From Bryobacterales bacterium (lineage in GTDB: Bacteria; Acidobacteriota; Terriglobia; Bryobacterales; UBA6623), in assembly GCA_028819235.1 (NCBI GenBank), contig JAPPMC010000191.1:75957-139956 (forward strand): a DNA stretch of 64,000 nt. Reading direction: 5' to 3'. Position numbers and translations under genes: made by a program. Each line of letters opens with the position of its first letter. The first letter of the stretch is position 1. Shown piece after piece: positions 27,151 through 36,553 of the stretch. The notes beneath the pieces are model-generated. The model ran no database searches, had not been told where the DNA came from, and was given only the letters and a program-made list of their open reading frames with translations.

Positions 27151-28989
27151 GTGAGGTTTGGTGCCCTCAGTCTGGGTCTGGCCGTCGGCCTGTCGTTGGC
27201 CTTGGCACAGTCGCCGCAAGACCGCCTGCCGCAGGACCACGCCCCTACGGACATCACTGGTAGGCATAAGCGGCTCGCGCGACAGACCGACAATCTCGCG
27301 CCCGAAGCCGGCGTCTCGACCGTGCCTATAGAGCGTGCGAACTTCATCGATGACCACATATTCGGCAAGATCGACCGCGACGGAATTCCTCACGCTCTGC
27401 TCTCCGACGATGCGACCTTTTTCCGACGGCTGCATCTGGACCTGACGGGATTGGTCCCGAGTGGGGCAGACGCGAAGGCCTTCGTTGCCGATCCCGACGC
27501 GGAGAAGAGGCGCAGGCTGATCGACCGGCTGGTGGGCGGTGTTGAGTGGCGGGACCGGTGGACCTACTGGCACCTCGACATGTGGCGGACTAGCCAGAAT
27601 CGCGTGGGATGGGCCGGGCGCAACCTGTTCCACGACTACGTCGCGGATGCCCTGCTGCTGAATCAGCCCTACGACGCCTTCATCCGCGAGCTGCTGACGG
27701 CGGAAGCCCGGAGCAATTGGTACGTCGGCCCAGCCAGCTACTTGGTTCGGTGGGCCGTGTTTGCGGACAACTGCACAGAGATCATGCACGAGGACACCGC
27801 CGACGAGATGACGGTGATGATCTTCCGGCACTTCTTGGGTGTGAATCTGCAGTGCGTATCCTGCCACGACGGGGCCAATCACCTAGAACAAGTGAACGCT
27901 TGGCTCACTGAGCGCAAGCGCGAGGAATTCTGGGCCCAGGCCGCATTCTTCGGCAACACCCGGGTGTTGCGAAGGGTAGAACTCCGCAACACCCAGGACG
28001 AGTACGGGATCGATGATCGGGATCCGTCGCGCGATGGGTACTCCCGATCGGCATCCAGCACCGTGCGGGTCGCCAGGCTCGGAGAAGGAAAGGTGGAGCC
28101 TCGCTTCATTCTGGGGGGCGAGCGGCCGGAATCAGGCAAGCCCCTGCGCCAAGAGCTAGCCCGCATCCTGACGGCCCACCGCCAGTTCGCGCGGGCGACG
28201 GTGAACCGGTTCTGGGCCGAGTTCATGGGTGCCGGAATTGTGGACCCAGTCGACGGGTTCGACTTCAGGCGGATGTCGGCGGAAAGCCTCGCTGACGGCT
28301 GGGCTGTCCAGCCTACGCATCCAGAACTCCTAGAAGAGCTGACCAACGACTTCATAGAGAGCGGCTACGACTTGCAGCACCTGCACAAGCGCATCGTCAG
28401 TTCAGCCGCGTACCAGCTCTCGACCGCATTCCCTTCCCGGTGGAATCCGGATTACGCGAGGTATTTCGCGCGGAAGTTCATGCGACGCCTGTCCGCAGAG
28501 CAGGTCTACGACGCGGTCGTGAGGGCGACCAACCTGCAAGTTCCCATTCAGATCCCCCTGACCGATCGGCAGGTGGAGCACATGGTGCAGATGCGCGGTC
28601 CCGCCGATCTGAGGAGGAGCAGAACGCTAGACCCTCAACAGAAGCAGGATCTCCAGTTCTTCATGGAAGCGTTTGGTCAGGCCAACCGTGAATTCAACGA
28701 GCCGACACGTGACGGGTCGATCATCCAGGCGGCGCTGATGATGAACTCCCGTCTGATCAGGGACAAGGCCAAGCCGCACAACGGCAGCTACCTAGCCGGG
28801 CTGCTCTCGCAAGGCATGGACGGCGAGGACCTGGTCGACTCGCTTTTCTGGCAGTTCCTGACCCGGGCACCGGACGAGCGCGAGATGGCCGACTCAAAGG
28901 AATTGCTCGCGTCGAGGGGCACGGCAGCGGGTGGCGAGGACCTGCAGTGGCTCCTGATGAACAAGCTAGAGTTCATGTTCAACCGATAG
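27151..28989 (+). CDS. DUF1549/DUF1553 domain protein (no cytochrome c module)
   Basis: Signal peptide MRFGALSLGLAVGLSLALA. DUF1549-type FFRRLHLDLTGLVPS...RRRLIDRLV. CVSCHDG. DUF1553-type C-terminal region. Confidence 0.88.
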   Translation: MRFGALSLGLAVGLSLALAQSPQDRLPQDHAPTDITGRHKRLARQTDNLAPEAGVSTVPIERANFIDDHIFGKIDRDGIPHALLSDDATFFRRLHLDLTGLVPSGADAKAFVADPDAEKRRRLIDRLVGGVEWRDRWTYWHLDMWRTSQNRVGWAGRNLFHDYVADALLLNQPYDAFIRELLTAEARSNWYVGPASYLVRWAVFADNCTEIMHEDTADEMTVMIFRHFLGVNLQCVSCHDGANHLEQVNAWLTERKREEFWAQAAFFGNTRVLRRVELRNTQDEYGIDDRDPSRDGYSRSASSTVRVARLGEGKVEPRFILGGERPESGKPLRQELARILTAHRQFARATVNRFWAEFMGAGIVDPVDGFDFRRMSAESLADGWAVQPTHPELLEELTNDFIESGYDLQHLHKRIVSSAAYQLSTAFPSRWNPDYARYFARKFMRRLSAEQVYDAVVRATNLQVPIQIPLTDRQVEHMVQMRGPADLRRSRTLDPQQKQDLQFFMEAFGQANREFNEPTRDGSIIQAALMMNSRLIRDKAKPHNGSYLAGLLSQGMDGEDLVDSLFWQFLTRAPDEREMADSKELLASRGTAAGGEDLQWLLMNKLEFMFNR

Positions 28990-28999
28990 GAGGTCTCTC

Positions 29000-30373
29000 G
29001 TGCCGCGTCTTCAGGACCACTTTCTCACGCGCAGGGAGATGCTGCGGGTCGGGTCGGTCGCCGTTACCGGCTACTACTGCGTGCCGCTATTCCAGCCGCG
29101 GGTCAGGGCATCGGGGCGTGCAGCCGCGGAAGGACAGGCCCGCTTCTGCATTTTCGTGATGCTCGAGGGTGGCCAGTCCCACGTGGATGCGTGGGACTTC
29201 AAGGAGGGCCCATGGACACCTCCGGACTTCGCCCCCCAGAGCGTCCCGGGCTTGGGGACTTGGCCGATGGGCCTTTATCCCCAGCTTGCGGAGCGACGCG
29301 ACCGGTATTCCTTGGTGCGCTCCATGGCCACTTGGGAGAGCCAGCACGGCCGGGGCCAGTACTACATGCAGACGGGGCATCAGCACAACCCGGCTCTCGC
29401 CCCCGAGTTGCCGGGTATCGGCTCGGTAGTGGCCCTAGAGACGTCCGCCAGCCGCCGGGACAGCGACTGCCTGCCGCCATTCGTCGCATTCAACACCTTC
29501 CCGCAGGTTGGCCTGATCGGGTCCGGCTTCCTCCCGGCCACGTTCACACCCTTCCACATCAATACCTCTTCGGACATCTCGGCGCTGGCGCCCAAGGCCG
29601 AGGAATTGCCGGACTTTAAACGGCGCTGGGAACTCCTCAAGAGGCTTGACGGTCGTTTGCGGTCGGACCGGTCCCTTCAGCGCAAGGCCTACCGCGACTA
29701 TCACAATCACTACGAGGGGGCCGTCGATCTCATGTCCGATCCTCGCAGCGCTCGGATCTTCAGCATTGGAGAATCCGACAGTTCCCGGTATGGGGGCAAC
29801 CCGGTCGGGGACTCGTTCGTTCTTGCGCGCAACCTAGTGGTCGCCGACGCCGGCACGCGGTTCATTTTCCTTACGCACGAGGACTGGGACCACCACGGGG
29901 CAATCTACAAGCCAGAGAACTTCTACAAGCGTTCGCACGAACTGGACACAGCGCTGAGCCAGCTGCTTGACGACCTCGGCGCAGAGACCCGGGACGACGG
30001 TCGCTCCGTGCTGGACGAGACCTTGGTGGTCTGCGTGGGCGAATTCGGGCGCACACCGGGCGAACTGACCAATATCGCAGGGCGTGACCACTACCAGTAC
30101 GCCTTCACGGGGCTCTTCGCTGGCGGGGGCGTGCGGCCCGGCCGCGTTCTGGGGGTTACCGATGATCAGGGTGCCCAGATCACCGATCCCGGATGGTACG
30201 CGAATCGTCCGGTCTACCCGGAGGATCTCGCCACAACCATCTATTCGGCCATGGGCATTGACTGGACAAAGAGCATCGAGGAGACTCCATCCGGACGGAC
30301 GTATCACTACATAGAGGTCTTCTCACCCACTCGCATGCTGGCCAACCGCGTCGTGCGCGAACTGTTCTCGTGA
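29000..30373 (+). CDS. DUF1501 domain protein, Tat-like signal
   Basis: GGAGG 7 nt before the GTG. TRREMLRVGS. DUF1501 core (VGEFGRTP, GRDHY). Lies 10 nt after the DUF1553 gene. Confidence 0.9.
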   Translation: MPRLQDHFLTRREMLRVGSVAVTGYYCVPLFQPRVRASGRAAAEGQARFCIFVMLEGGQSHVDAWDFKEGPWTPPDFAPQSVPGLGTWPMGLYPQLAERRDRYSLVRSMATWESQHGRGQYYMQTGHQHNPALAPELPGIGSVVALETSASRRDSDCLPPFVAFNTFPQVGLIGSGFLPATFTPFHINTSSDISALAPKAEELPDFKRRWELLKRLDGRLRSDRSLQRKAYRDYHNHYEGAVDLMSDPRSARIFSIGESDSSRYGGNPVGDSFVLARNLVVADAGTRFIFLTHEDWDHHGAIYKPENFYKRSHELDTALSQLLDDLGAETRDDGRSVLDETLVVCVGEFGRTPGELTNIAGRDHYQYAFTGLFAGGGVRPGRVLGVTDDQGAQITDPGWYANRPVYPEDLATTIYSAMGIDWTKSIEETPSGRTYHYIEVFSPTRMLANRVVRELFS

Positions 30374-30377
30374 GGCC

Positions 30378-31118
30378 GTGGCCCCGGTTGCGCTGGGCAT
30401 GATCTCCGCGATCGCAGACCGCGCGCGAGTGGCGTGGCTGAGGCGAAAGATGCGGTCCGACTGGGACCGCAGGGGCCGCGAGGACGCAATGTACTACGTG
30501 AACACCGCCCGGCGGGGCTGGGACGAGCACGAGTTCTTTGCAACCGGCGAGCGTAATGTGGCCGAACTGATCTCCGCCGACTTGGAGAGCGTCTGCCAAG
30601 GCCGGAGTCCTTCAGCGATGAGAGCCCTTGAGATCGGCTGCGGCGTCGGCCGCATGACGAGGGCCCTTGCCGGGATCTTCGGCGAGGTGCACGGCGTTGA
30701 TGTCAGCGGCGAGATGGTTGGCCGAGCCCGTCAATTCCTCCGAGACACGCCCAACGCGCACGTGCATCGCAATTCCGGCACCGACCTGGCCGTTCTTGGA
30801 GACCTGAGTTTTGACTTCGCCTTCTCCTTCATAGTGTTCCAGCACATCCCCAGCCGTCGGGTCATTTCCCGTTACGTGCGGGAAGTCCACGGACACCTCA
30901 GGCCGGGTTCGATGTTCAAGTTTCAGGTCCAAGGCTGCACGGCCCCGTCGCTCCAAGGGCTCCGGAACGACACATGGCTCGGAGTTGGCATCTCGGAGCA
31001 CGAAGCGGCGCGCATGGCCGCGGAGAACGGATTCGTTCTGGTGCGAAGCTCAGGTGCGGGGTCGCAGTACTACTGGCTCTGGTACTTGAAGCCCCGGGAG
31101 GAACCTCATTGGTCGTAG
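30378..31118 (+). CDS. class I SAM-dependent methyltransferase
   Basis: Motif I ALEIGCGVGRMT, then VHGVDVS and FDFAFSFIVFQHI. Begins 4 nt after the DUF1501 stop. Confidence 0.8.
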   Translation: MAPVALGMISAIADRARVAWLRRKMRSDWDRRGREDAMYYVNTARRGWDEHEFFATGERNVAELISADLESVCQGRSPSAMRALEIGCGVGRMTRALAGIFGEVHGVDVSGEMVGRARQFLRDTPNAHVHRNSGTDLAVLGDLSFDFAFSFIVFQHIPSRRVISRYVREVHGHLRPGSMFKFQVQGCTAPSLQGLRNDTWLGVGISEHEAARMAAENGFVLVRSSGAGSQYYWLWYLKPREEPHWS

Positions 31119-31125
31119 AGGTGGC

Positions 31126-32034
31126 TCATTCTCCCCAGTCGGAGGGCAGCCGAGGGGCGAGCCGGAGCCACCGGAGCGCCCGGTAGGGCCAGCGGGACAG
31201 CTCTCGGCTCATGCGTCCCTCGACGGTGGCGTGCCGCGACTCCAGCGCGGTGATCCAGCGTTCGAGCTTGCGGACGTGCTGTTCCCTCGCACGCAGAACA
31301 TTGCCCGGGTCGGGGATGTATGCCAGGTCAGCCAGTTCCTCCAAGGGCTGGCACGAACAGACTGCGACGAAGAAGTGGGCATCTTCCGGGTCCAACCCGA
31401 CCCGTTCCACAAGTCCCCGGGCCGCTCGGGTCTGCCCCGAGCTGACGCTGATGCCAGAGACGTGGTTCTGGAAGAACATCCGGCAGTGCTCAAACTCACT
31501 CGTTAGGGCGGCGCGAAACTCCGCATGGTCGAACTCGTGGACGTGGAAGGGGTTGGGCTCAGTGCGGGTCGACCGATAGTAGGGCCGATTCGGCGTGGAT
31601 GCGATGAACGCGCCGCCTGGGGCCAGCACCCGGGCTGCCTCGTTGATGAGTCGTCCCCAAGCCTCAATGTGCTCGATCACCTCAAACGCCACGACTAGGT
31701 CGACGGATGCGTCGGCCACAGGAAGTGACCTGCAGTCCGCCCGCGCAAAGGCTGCTCCCGGAGCGGCTCGGGCGGCTTGGCGGACGGCGCCCTGGGAAAG
31801 GTCGACGCCAAGTGTCAGAGCGGCGGAGCGAGACAGGATCTCGCAACCGTATCCCACGCCGCATCCGGCGTCGAGAACGCGCTTGCCGTGCGCCAGCGGC
31901 TCAGCGAAGAGGTAGCGGGCCAGATGCTCGTTGCGAACGTCTGGATCACCACTGGAGGGCACGAGCCGCTCCCCGCTCGGCTGCCTGGGATGTGCGGGCA
32001 TCGCCGGTTCCCGGGACAATTGGGCTCTGCGCAT
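31126..32034 (-). CDS. class I SAM-dependent methyltransferase with C-terminal helical extension
   Basis: Motif I VLDAGCGVGYG, then VDLVVAFEVIEHI. Convergent with the previous methyltransferase (7-nt gap). Confidence 0.8.
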   Translation of the reverse strand: MRRAQLSREPAMPAHPRQPSGERLVPSSGDPDVRNEHLARYLFAEPLAHGKRVLDAGCGVGYGCEILSRSAALTLGVDLSQGAVRQAARAAPGAAFARADCRSLPVADASVDLVVAFEVIEHIEAWGRLINEAARVLAPGGAFIASTPNRPYYRSTRTEPNPFHVHEFDHAEFRAALTSEFEHCRMFFQNHVSGISVSSGQTRAARGLVERVGLDPEDAHFFVAVCSCQPLEELADLAYIPDPGNVLRAREQHVRKLERWITALESRHATVEGRMSRELSRWPYRALRWLRLAPRLPSDWGE

Positions 32035-32099
32035 CGGCTACGCTTGGTCCGAAGCGTCCGCCGAACGGAGGTCGTTCCGTGTATGCCGCACCCGCGCGC

Positions 32100-34967
32100 T
32101 CAATCGCCGCGGTAGTCGATCCAGATCGGACTGCTCCACGCCATGTTGTCGTCGGACTGGATGACGCGCACGTAGTAATAGTGCGTGCCCGGCGTGACCT
32201 CCGAGTCGGTAAACGTCAGCGTCAACTCGTCGACTCCCGGTTCAGCGGTGTACGCGAAAGTGTTGTCCTTGATGATGTCAATCTGGCGGATGGTGCCTGT
32301 GCCGATGACCCGGATTTCCAGCCGGGGCCTTTCGCTGCTGGCGAACTCTTCGCCCATCGCATGGCCCCGACTCTGGAAGTCGACGATGATGTTGTCGGTC
32401 GCGGCATAGGTTCTCCGCGCGTACAGAGAATCCCATATGGCACCGTAGGATCGCTCGGGCGTGTAGGCGACCGCATAGGACATGTGAGTCGAGCGGTGGT
32501 CCGAGCTGGCGATGAAGCCGAGCCTGTAGCCCTTTTCAAGTGCGTTCCACACGAAACCCGCCGGCCGGATGGCGCCTGACGTGATGTAGCCTCCGACCAC
32601 AATCTGCTCGGCCGTGGCCCCGTGCGGCGCTCCCAAGTATTCGTAGGAGTCGCGGTTCCCCTGAAAGATCTCTACTAGGCGCTCAGCACGCTCGCTGTTG
32701 TAGCGCCAATCTGTGCCCATTTGGGTCGCGGTCGTGTGCGGAATGCTGATGGCCTTCGGGCGGTCGCCCTCCAGCAGCTGCCTCCACAGCAGAGGAGTGT
32801 CGTCCTCCGCTACGCCGATTTCTCGGTCCCCGAGCTTAATCCGGATTGGCGAGAATCCCCTGCCCCGCCATACGATGTTGCGGTGGCCGTCCGGATAGGC
32901 CACGGTCCTCTCGTAGTTGAGGACGGGGTAGAAGGTGCCGGGAATCTTGTAGACGTCGACCGCCTTGTCCACCATCCGCCACATGTATTCACTGTCAGCC
33001 TTCTCCGGCAGCACGTGCTCCGACGGCCCCAAGAAGTCCATTCCGGCGGCATCGATGGCGTAGCGGTAGCAATCGTAAAGGCTCCCGTCGCTGTAGCCGT
33101 CGAAGGAAAGGTCCGTGTGCCGGTGCAGGTCTCCCCAGGCCAGCCGATAGCGCTCGCCGCCGGCCTCCATGCGGTACTCCTTCCAGATGGGTGCTGTCCG
33201 GCCCGGTTCCGAGTCCCCCGCCGGAGCGGGTGCGCGCAGGTCGTCGCTCGCCACAAAGTACTCGTCCGTGACCGGGCCACCGGGCACGCGAGAAAGCTCG
33301 ACCTTGCCGGCGTACACGTCGTACTGCCAGAACCTCTCGCTGTCAGGAGGGTAGCTCTTGCCGTCGGTCTGCGTGACGACCCACAAGTCGCCGCTTTGGT
33401 CCACGGCGGTGGCCGGGCGCTGCTCGTTTCGACCGTCGGAGTTTGGCAGCCAAATGGGGGGAGTCCAGCCGTGGCCATCGAACATCGTGAGCTTGGAGTC
33501 CCAGTAGGGAAAGATCGAGCGGGCCGCGACGGAGGGCGGATTGGCGCGCCCCAAGGTGCGCGTGCGCAGGAGGGCCCACACTCGCCCCTTGCCGTCGACC
33601 ATCAGCTTCGGGTACTCGGTGAAGGTCCTCCGGGCGCTGTCCAGGCCCAGCGCCATCCAGCTGCCCGTGATCGGGCTGGGAGCGAAGCGGTGGTCGACTG
33701 CGGGCACGGGCTGAGCGATCCGGCCCCGGTCCAGCACGCGAACTTGGGCCTGCCTTTCGAAGTACAGGCCGCTCTCGCCACGGTGGATGCCGTTGATCCC
33801 GTAGTGATCCTTGCCCCAGTTGGGTCCCCCGTTGTCCCACGCGATCCACAGCCGGTCGCGGTGGTCGAAGACGATACTGGCGTGGGCCTCGAAATCCTCG
33901 CTGGCCGTGAGGCGCTCTTGCTGCTGGAGCTTGCCATTGACCAAGCGGCGCAGGAAGATGTCGTAGTTGCCGTGGCGATAGCTGTCCCAAGCGACCGCCA
34001 CCTCGCCACGCGAGTTGACGCTGATCGCAGGCTCCCAGTCGTTGGCGGGATGCTCCGTGACCTTCATGGGCTCTGACCACTGGCTTCCCTTGCGCACCAT
34101 CAGTGAGATGTCGGTGTTCCCGACGGCGCCGGACTGGTAGGCCAGGTACACGTCTCCCTGAGGCGAGACAGCCATGCGGGGAAAGGTGTCCGGTCCGGGC
34201 CCCTGCGTCAGCGATGCCGCGGTGGGGCTCCCCCCCAGCGTGTACTCAATTCCGACTAAGTGGACGACGCCGTCCCGTATGTGCGACGCTACCGCCGTCA
34301 CCTCGCCAGCTCTCGCCGAGGCCAGCTCCACTTGGTAGTAGTCGCCCGGAGGAGCCAGCGTTACCGGCCCTTCCCACGCCTGGCCGTCTGGACTCGACCG
34401 CAGCTGGATCGTGTCCGCGCCGTCCTCGAAGGCTATCCAAGCCACCCACACTCTGCCGTCCGGGCCCACGGCGATGGCAGGGTAGTCATCGTCGGCTAGG
34501 CTCTCCGCCATTCGCATCGAAGTTGGTACGCGTTCGACGCGCATCCGACCGTCCAACAGGCGGGTCGGCTCTTGGTACCGCACACGACCGGTCGAGAACT
34601 CCGCTGTTCCCTGTGCCGTTTCTAGCCTGACGACTGTCTCCCCTGACGACTCCACATCGATCAGGACGCCCTTCCATCTCACCGGCGGGAACTCCGCTTG
34701 GTCCCGCGGCTCCATCTGCAGCCGGCCGTCCCATTGGTTGCCGCAATTCCATGCGGATCCCTGCGCCGTCTCTCCCGGCCCAAAGTGGTGCGATGCCGCC
34801 ACGGTCACAGTGCCGGCGGTGGCACTGGCGGAGCCGCTCCAGTCCCTGACCTCGGGATCGGCCCCTCCGAAGAGGACACGGAACCGCTGGGTTGCAGCGA
34901 GCGGGAGGGAGAAGGCCAGCGTGAGGCCGCAGGCAATGATCAGTCGAAGCGGGTAGCCGAATCGCAT
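32100..34967 (-). CDS. secreted ~955-aa protein: beta-propeller-like W-rich repeats + PHP/DUF3604-like metal-dependent hydrolase domain (paralog 2)
   Basis: Track ORF 32100..34994. The likely start is ATG 34967 (MRFGYPLRLIIACGLTLAFSLPLAA). Motifs: VWVAWIAF, LWIAWDNGGPNWGKD, GDLHRHTDLSFDG...PSEHV, RRTYAATDNIIVDF, AWSSPIWI. Confidence 0.8.
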   Translation of the reverse strand: MRFGYPLRLIIACGLTLAFSLPLAATQRFRVLFGGADPEVRDWSGSASATAGTVTVAASHHFGPGETAQGSAWNCGNQWDGRLQMEPRDQAEFPPVRWKGVLIDVESSGETVVRLETAQGTAEFSTGRVRYQEPTRLLDGRMRVERVPTSMRMAESLADDDYPAIAVGPDGRVWVAWIAFEDGADTIQLRSSPDGQAWEGPVTLAPPGDYYQVELASARAGEVTAVASHIRDGVVHLVGIEYTLGGSPTAASLTQGPGPDTFPRMAVSPQGDVYLAYQSGAVGNTDISLMVRKGSQWSEPMKVTEHPANDWEPAISVNSRGEVAVAWDSYRHGNYDIFLRRLVNGKLQQQERLTASEDFEAHASIVFDHRDRLWIAWDNGGPNWGKDHYGINGIHRGESGLYFERQAQVRVLDRGRIAQPVPAVDHRFAPSPITGSWMALGLDSARRTFTEYPKLMVDGKGRVWALLRTRTLGRANPPSVAARSIFPYWDSKLTMFDGHGWTPPIWLPNSDGRNEQRPATAVDQSGDLWVVTQTDGKSYPPDSERFWQYDVYAGKVELSRVPGGPVTDEYFVASDDLRAPAPAGDSEPGRTAPIWKEYRMEAGGERYRLAWGDLHRHTDLSFDGYSDGSLYDCYRYAIDAAGMDFLGPSEHVLPEKADSEYMWRMVDKAVDVYKIPGTFYPVLNYERTVAYPDGHRNIVWRGRGFSPIRIKLGDREIGVAEDDTPLLWRQLLEGDRPKAISIPHTTATQMGTDWRYNSERAERLVEIFQGNRDSYEYLGAPHGATAEQIVVGGYITSGAIRPAGFVWNALEKGYRLGFIASSDHRSTHMSYAVAYTPERSYGAIWDSLYARRTYAATDNIIVDFQSRGHAMGEEFASSERPRLEIRVIGTGTIRQIDIIKDNTFAYTAEPGVDELTLTFTDSEVTPGTHYYYVRVIQSDDNMAWSSPIWIDYRGD

Positions 34968-35141
34968 ACGGGAAGCAGGGTAAGAGCAACCCAATCATAT
35001 CCGAGGGACGGCAAGACCAGATCCGGGTCGACCTGTCGGACCACAGGGGCGTTGGCGAGCTCTGGCAGGAGCGCGGCTCCTGGGCTGCACCTCTGGATGC
35101 CGTACTTCGTCGCTCGTGGGGTCATCCGCCCGGCAGCGGCT

Positions 35142-35537
35142 ATGGTGGGGATTAGCACCCGCCCGACAGTGGACACCCGCAAGAAGATCGTTCCGCACGA
35201 TTGCCTGCCTGAGACTGGCGGAGCGATCTCATTTGCCAAGGGGTGGTTCGACGTGCTCACGGCGGACCTCTGCTCGCTGCTTGATCAAGCAGCGGCTCAC
35301 GGCGGAAGGCTGGCCGTGCTGGTGTACGAGGATGAGCCGGGTCATCCATCCCCCTTGGGTGCATACGACCGCGCACGAATGGCAGCGGCCCTGCGGTCCG
35401 TGGATTTGGTGTGCACCTGCCCGCGAGCGGATGCCGATGCGATCGCATCGAGAGCAGGCGCCCCAACCCCACGCGATCTCGACGCTCCGGGGACACGGGA
35501 CGTCGTGCGGCAGGTGATCGAGACGCTGTCGGACTGA
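35142..35537 (+). CDS. cytidylyltransferase-fold (RfaE domain II-like) protein with degenerate HxGH motif
   Basis: KGWFDVLTADLCSLLDQAAAHGGRLAVLV...RARMAAALRSVDLV lines up by eye with GCFDILHAGH...LiV...eR..vLaaL..VD.V. The start is ATG 35142 or 35097. The longer track ORF (34698) overlaps the convergent gene. Confidence 0.55.
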   Translation: MVGISTRPTVDTRKKIVPHDCLPETGGAISFAKGWFDVLTADLCSLLDQAAAHGGRLAVLVYEDEPGHPSPLGAYDRARMAAALRSVDLVCTCPRADADAIASRAGAPTPRDLDAPGTRDVVRQVIETLSD

Positions 35538-35547
35538 GGGCCGCCAA

Positions 35548-36543
35548 GTGCGCATCCTGATGGTGCGGCTCGGGGCGATGGGCGATGTCGTCCAGACCCT
35601 CCCGGCCGCCCGGGAGCTTCGCCGACGCTTCCCGAGGGCCAAGATTGATTGGGCTGTGGACGCCCACTGGGCAGACCTGCTAATCGGGAACCCGCACATA
35701 GATCAAGTCATAAGGGTCCCGATGCGGGCATTGCGCAAGCGCGACTCTCCCCTAGCCGCTGCTCGAAAGGCCTTGGGTCTCATCGGGGGTCTACGAAAGT
35801 CGCGCTTCGACATCGCGTTCGACTTCCAAGGGTTGATCAAGTCCGCTGCGCTCGCTTCGATGAGCGGAGCATCTCGAACGGTCGGATTCTCGAGAGAATC
35901 GCTGAGGGAGCCCGCCGCCGAGGTCTTCTACTCGAGACGTGCCTCGACTTCGATGAGACACGTGGTAGACCGTTACCGGGACTTAGCCTCGCCTGGTTCG
36001 GGAGCGAGCCCGCCCAACAGCAGCGCGTTTCCACTGCCGGACGGAGGGCCGCTTGGAGCCCTTCCCGGCCGATACGTGCTTGCCAGCCCTCAGGCTGGCT
36101 GGGGCTCCAAACAATGGCCGCCGGAGTACTACGCCGAACTGGCCACACTCTTGCTCCGAGAGTTCGGCATTCCGCTGTTGGCCGACTTTGCCCTGGGCCA
36201 AGAGCACCGGGCCCGAGTGATCCGCTCCATCGCCGCCGAGGGATCCGTTGTTCCGCACTCGTCAACCATCTTGGGACTGATCTCAGCAACTCGGCGCGCA
36301 ACAGCAGTCGTGGGGGTTGACAGCGGCCCAATGCACTTGGCCGCTGCGCTTGACCGCCCAGGAGTGGCAATCTTCGGGCCGACGGAGCCACGGAGGAACG
36401 GCCCGCGCAGTCCGCTCATCGAAGTGATCCGCGCCCCGGGTGCGCTGACGACGTACAAGCGCGATGCTCAGCCGAGCCCGTCCATGCTTGCCTGCGCGCC
36501 CCGAACCGTCCTGAGTGTCCTAGCCCCAATCCTCGCTCGCTAG
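35548..36543 (+). CDS. glycosyltransferase family 9 (LPS heptosyltransferase-like)
   Basis: MRILMVRLGAMGDVVQTLPAARELRRRFPRAKIDW and VGVDSGPMHLAAAL. Confidence 0.85.
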   Translation: MRILMVRLGAMGDVVQTLPAARELRRRFPRAKIDWAVDAHWADLLIGNPHIDQVIRVPMRALRKRDSPLAAARKALGLIGGLRKSRFDIAFDFQGLIKSAALASMSGASRTVGFSRESLREPAAEVFYSRRASTSMRHVVDRYRDLASPGSGASPPNSSAFPLPDGGPLGALPGRYVLASPQAGWGSKQWPPEYYAELATLLLREFGIPLLADFALGQEHRARVIRSIAAEGSVVPHSSTILGLISATRRATAVVGVDSGPMHLAAALDRPGVAIFGPTEPRRNGPRSPLIEVIRAPGALTTYKRDAQPSPSMLACAPRTVLSVLAPILAR

Positions 36544-36553
36544 ACTAGGACGG

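Noticed and set aside
32721-34076. 451-aa plus-strand ORF. Also 31707..32579 (+) and 33343..34080 (-).
   Set aside because: They are antisense or alternative frames of hydrolase paralog 2 and the methyltransferase. They have low-complexity Arg/Gly/Pro/Val composition.
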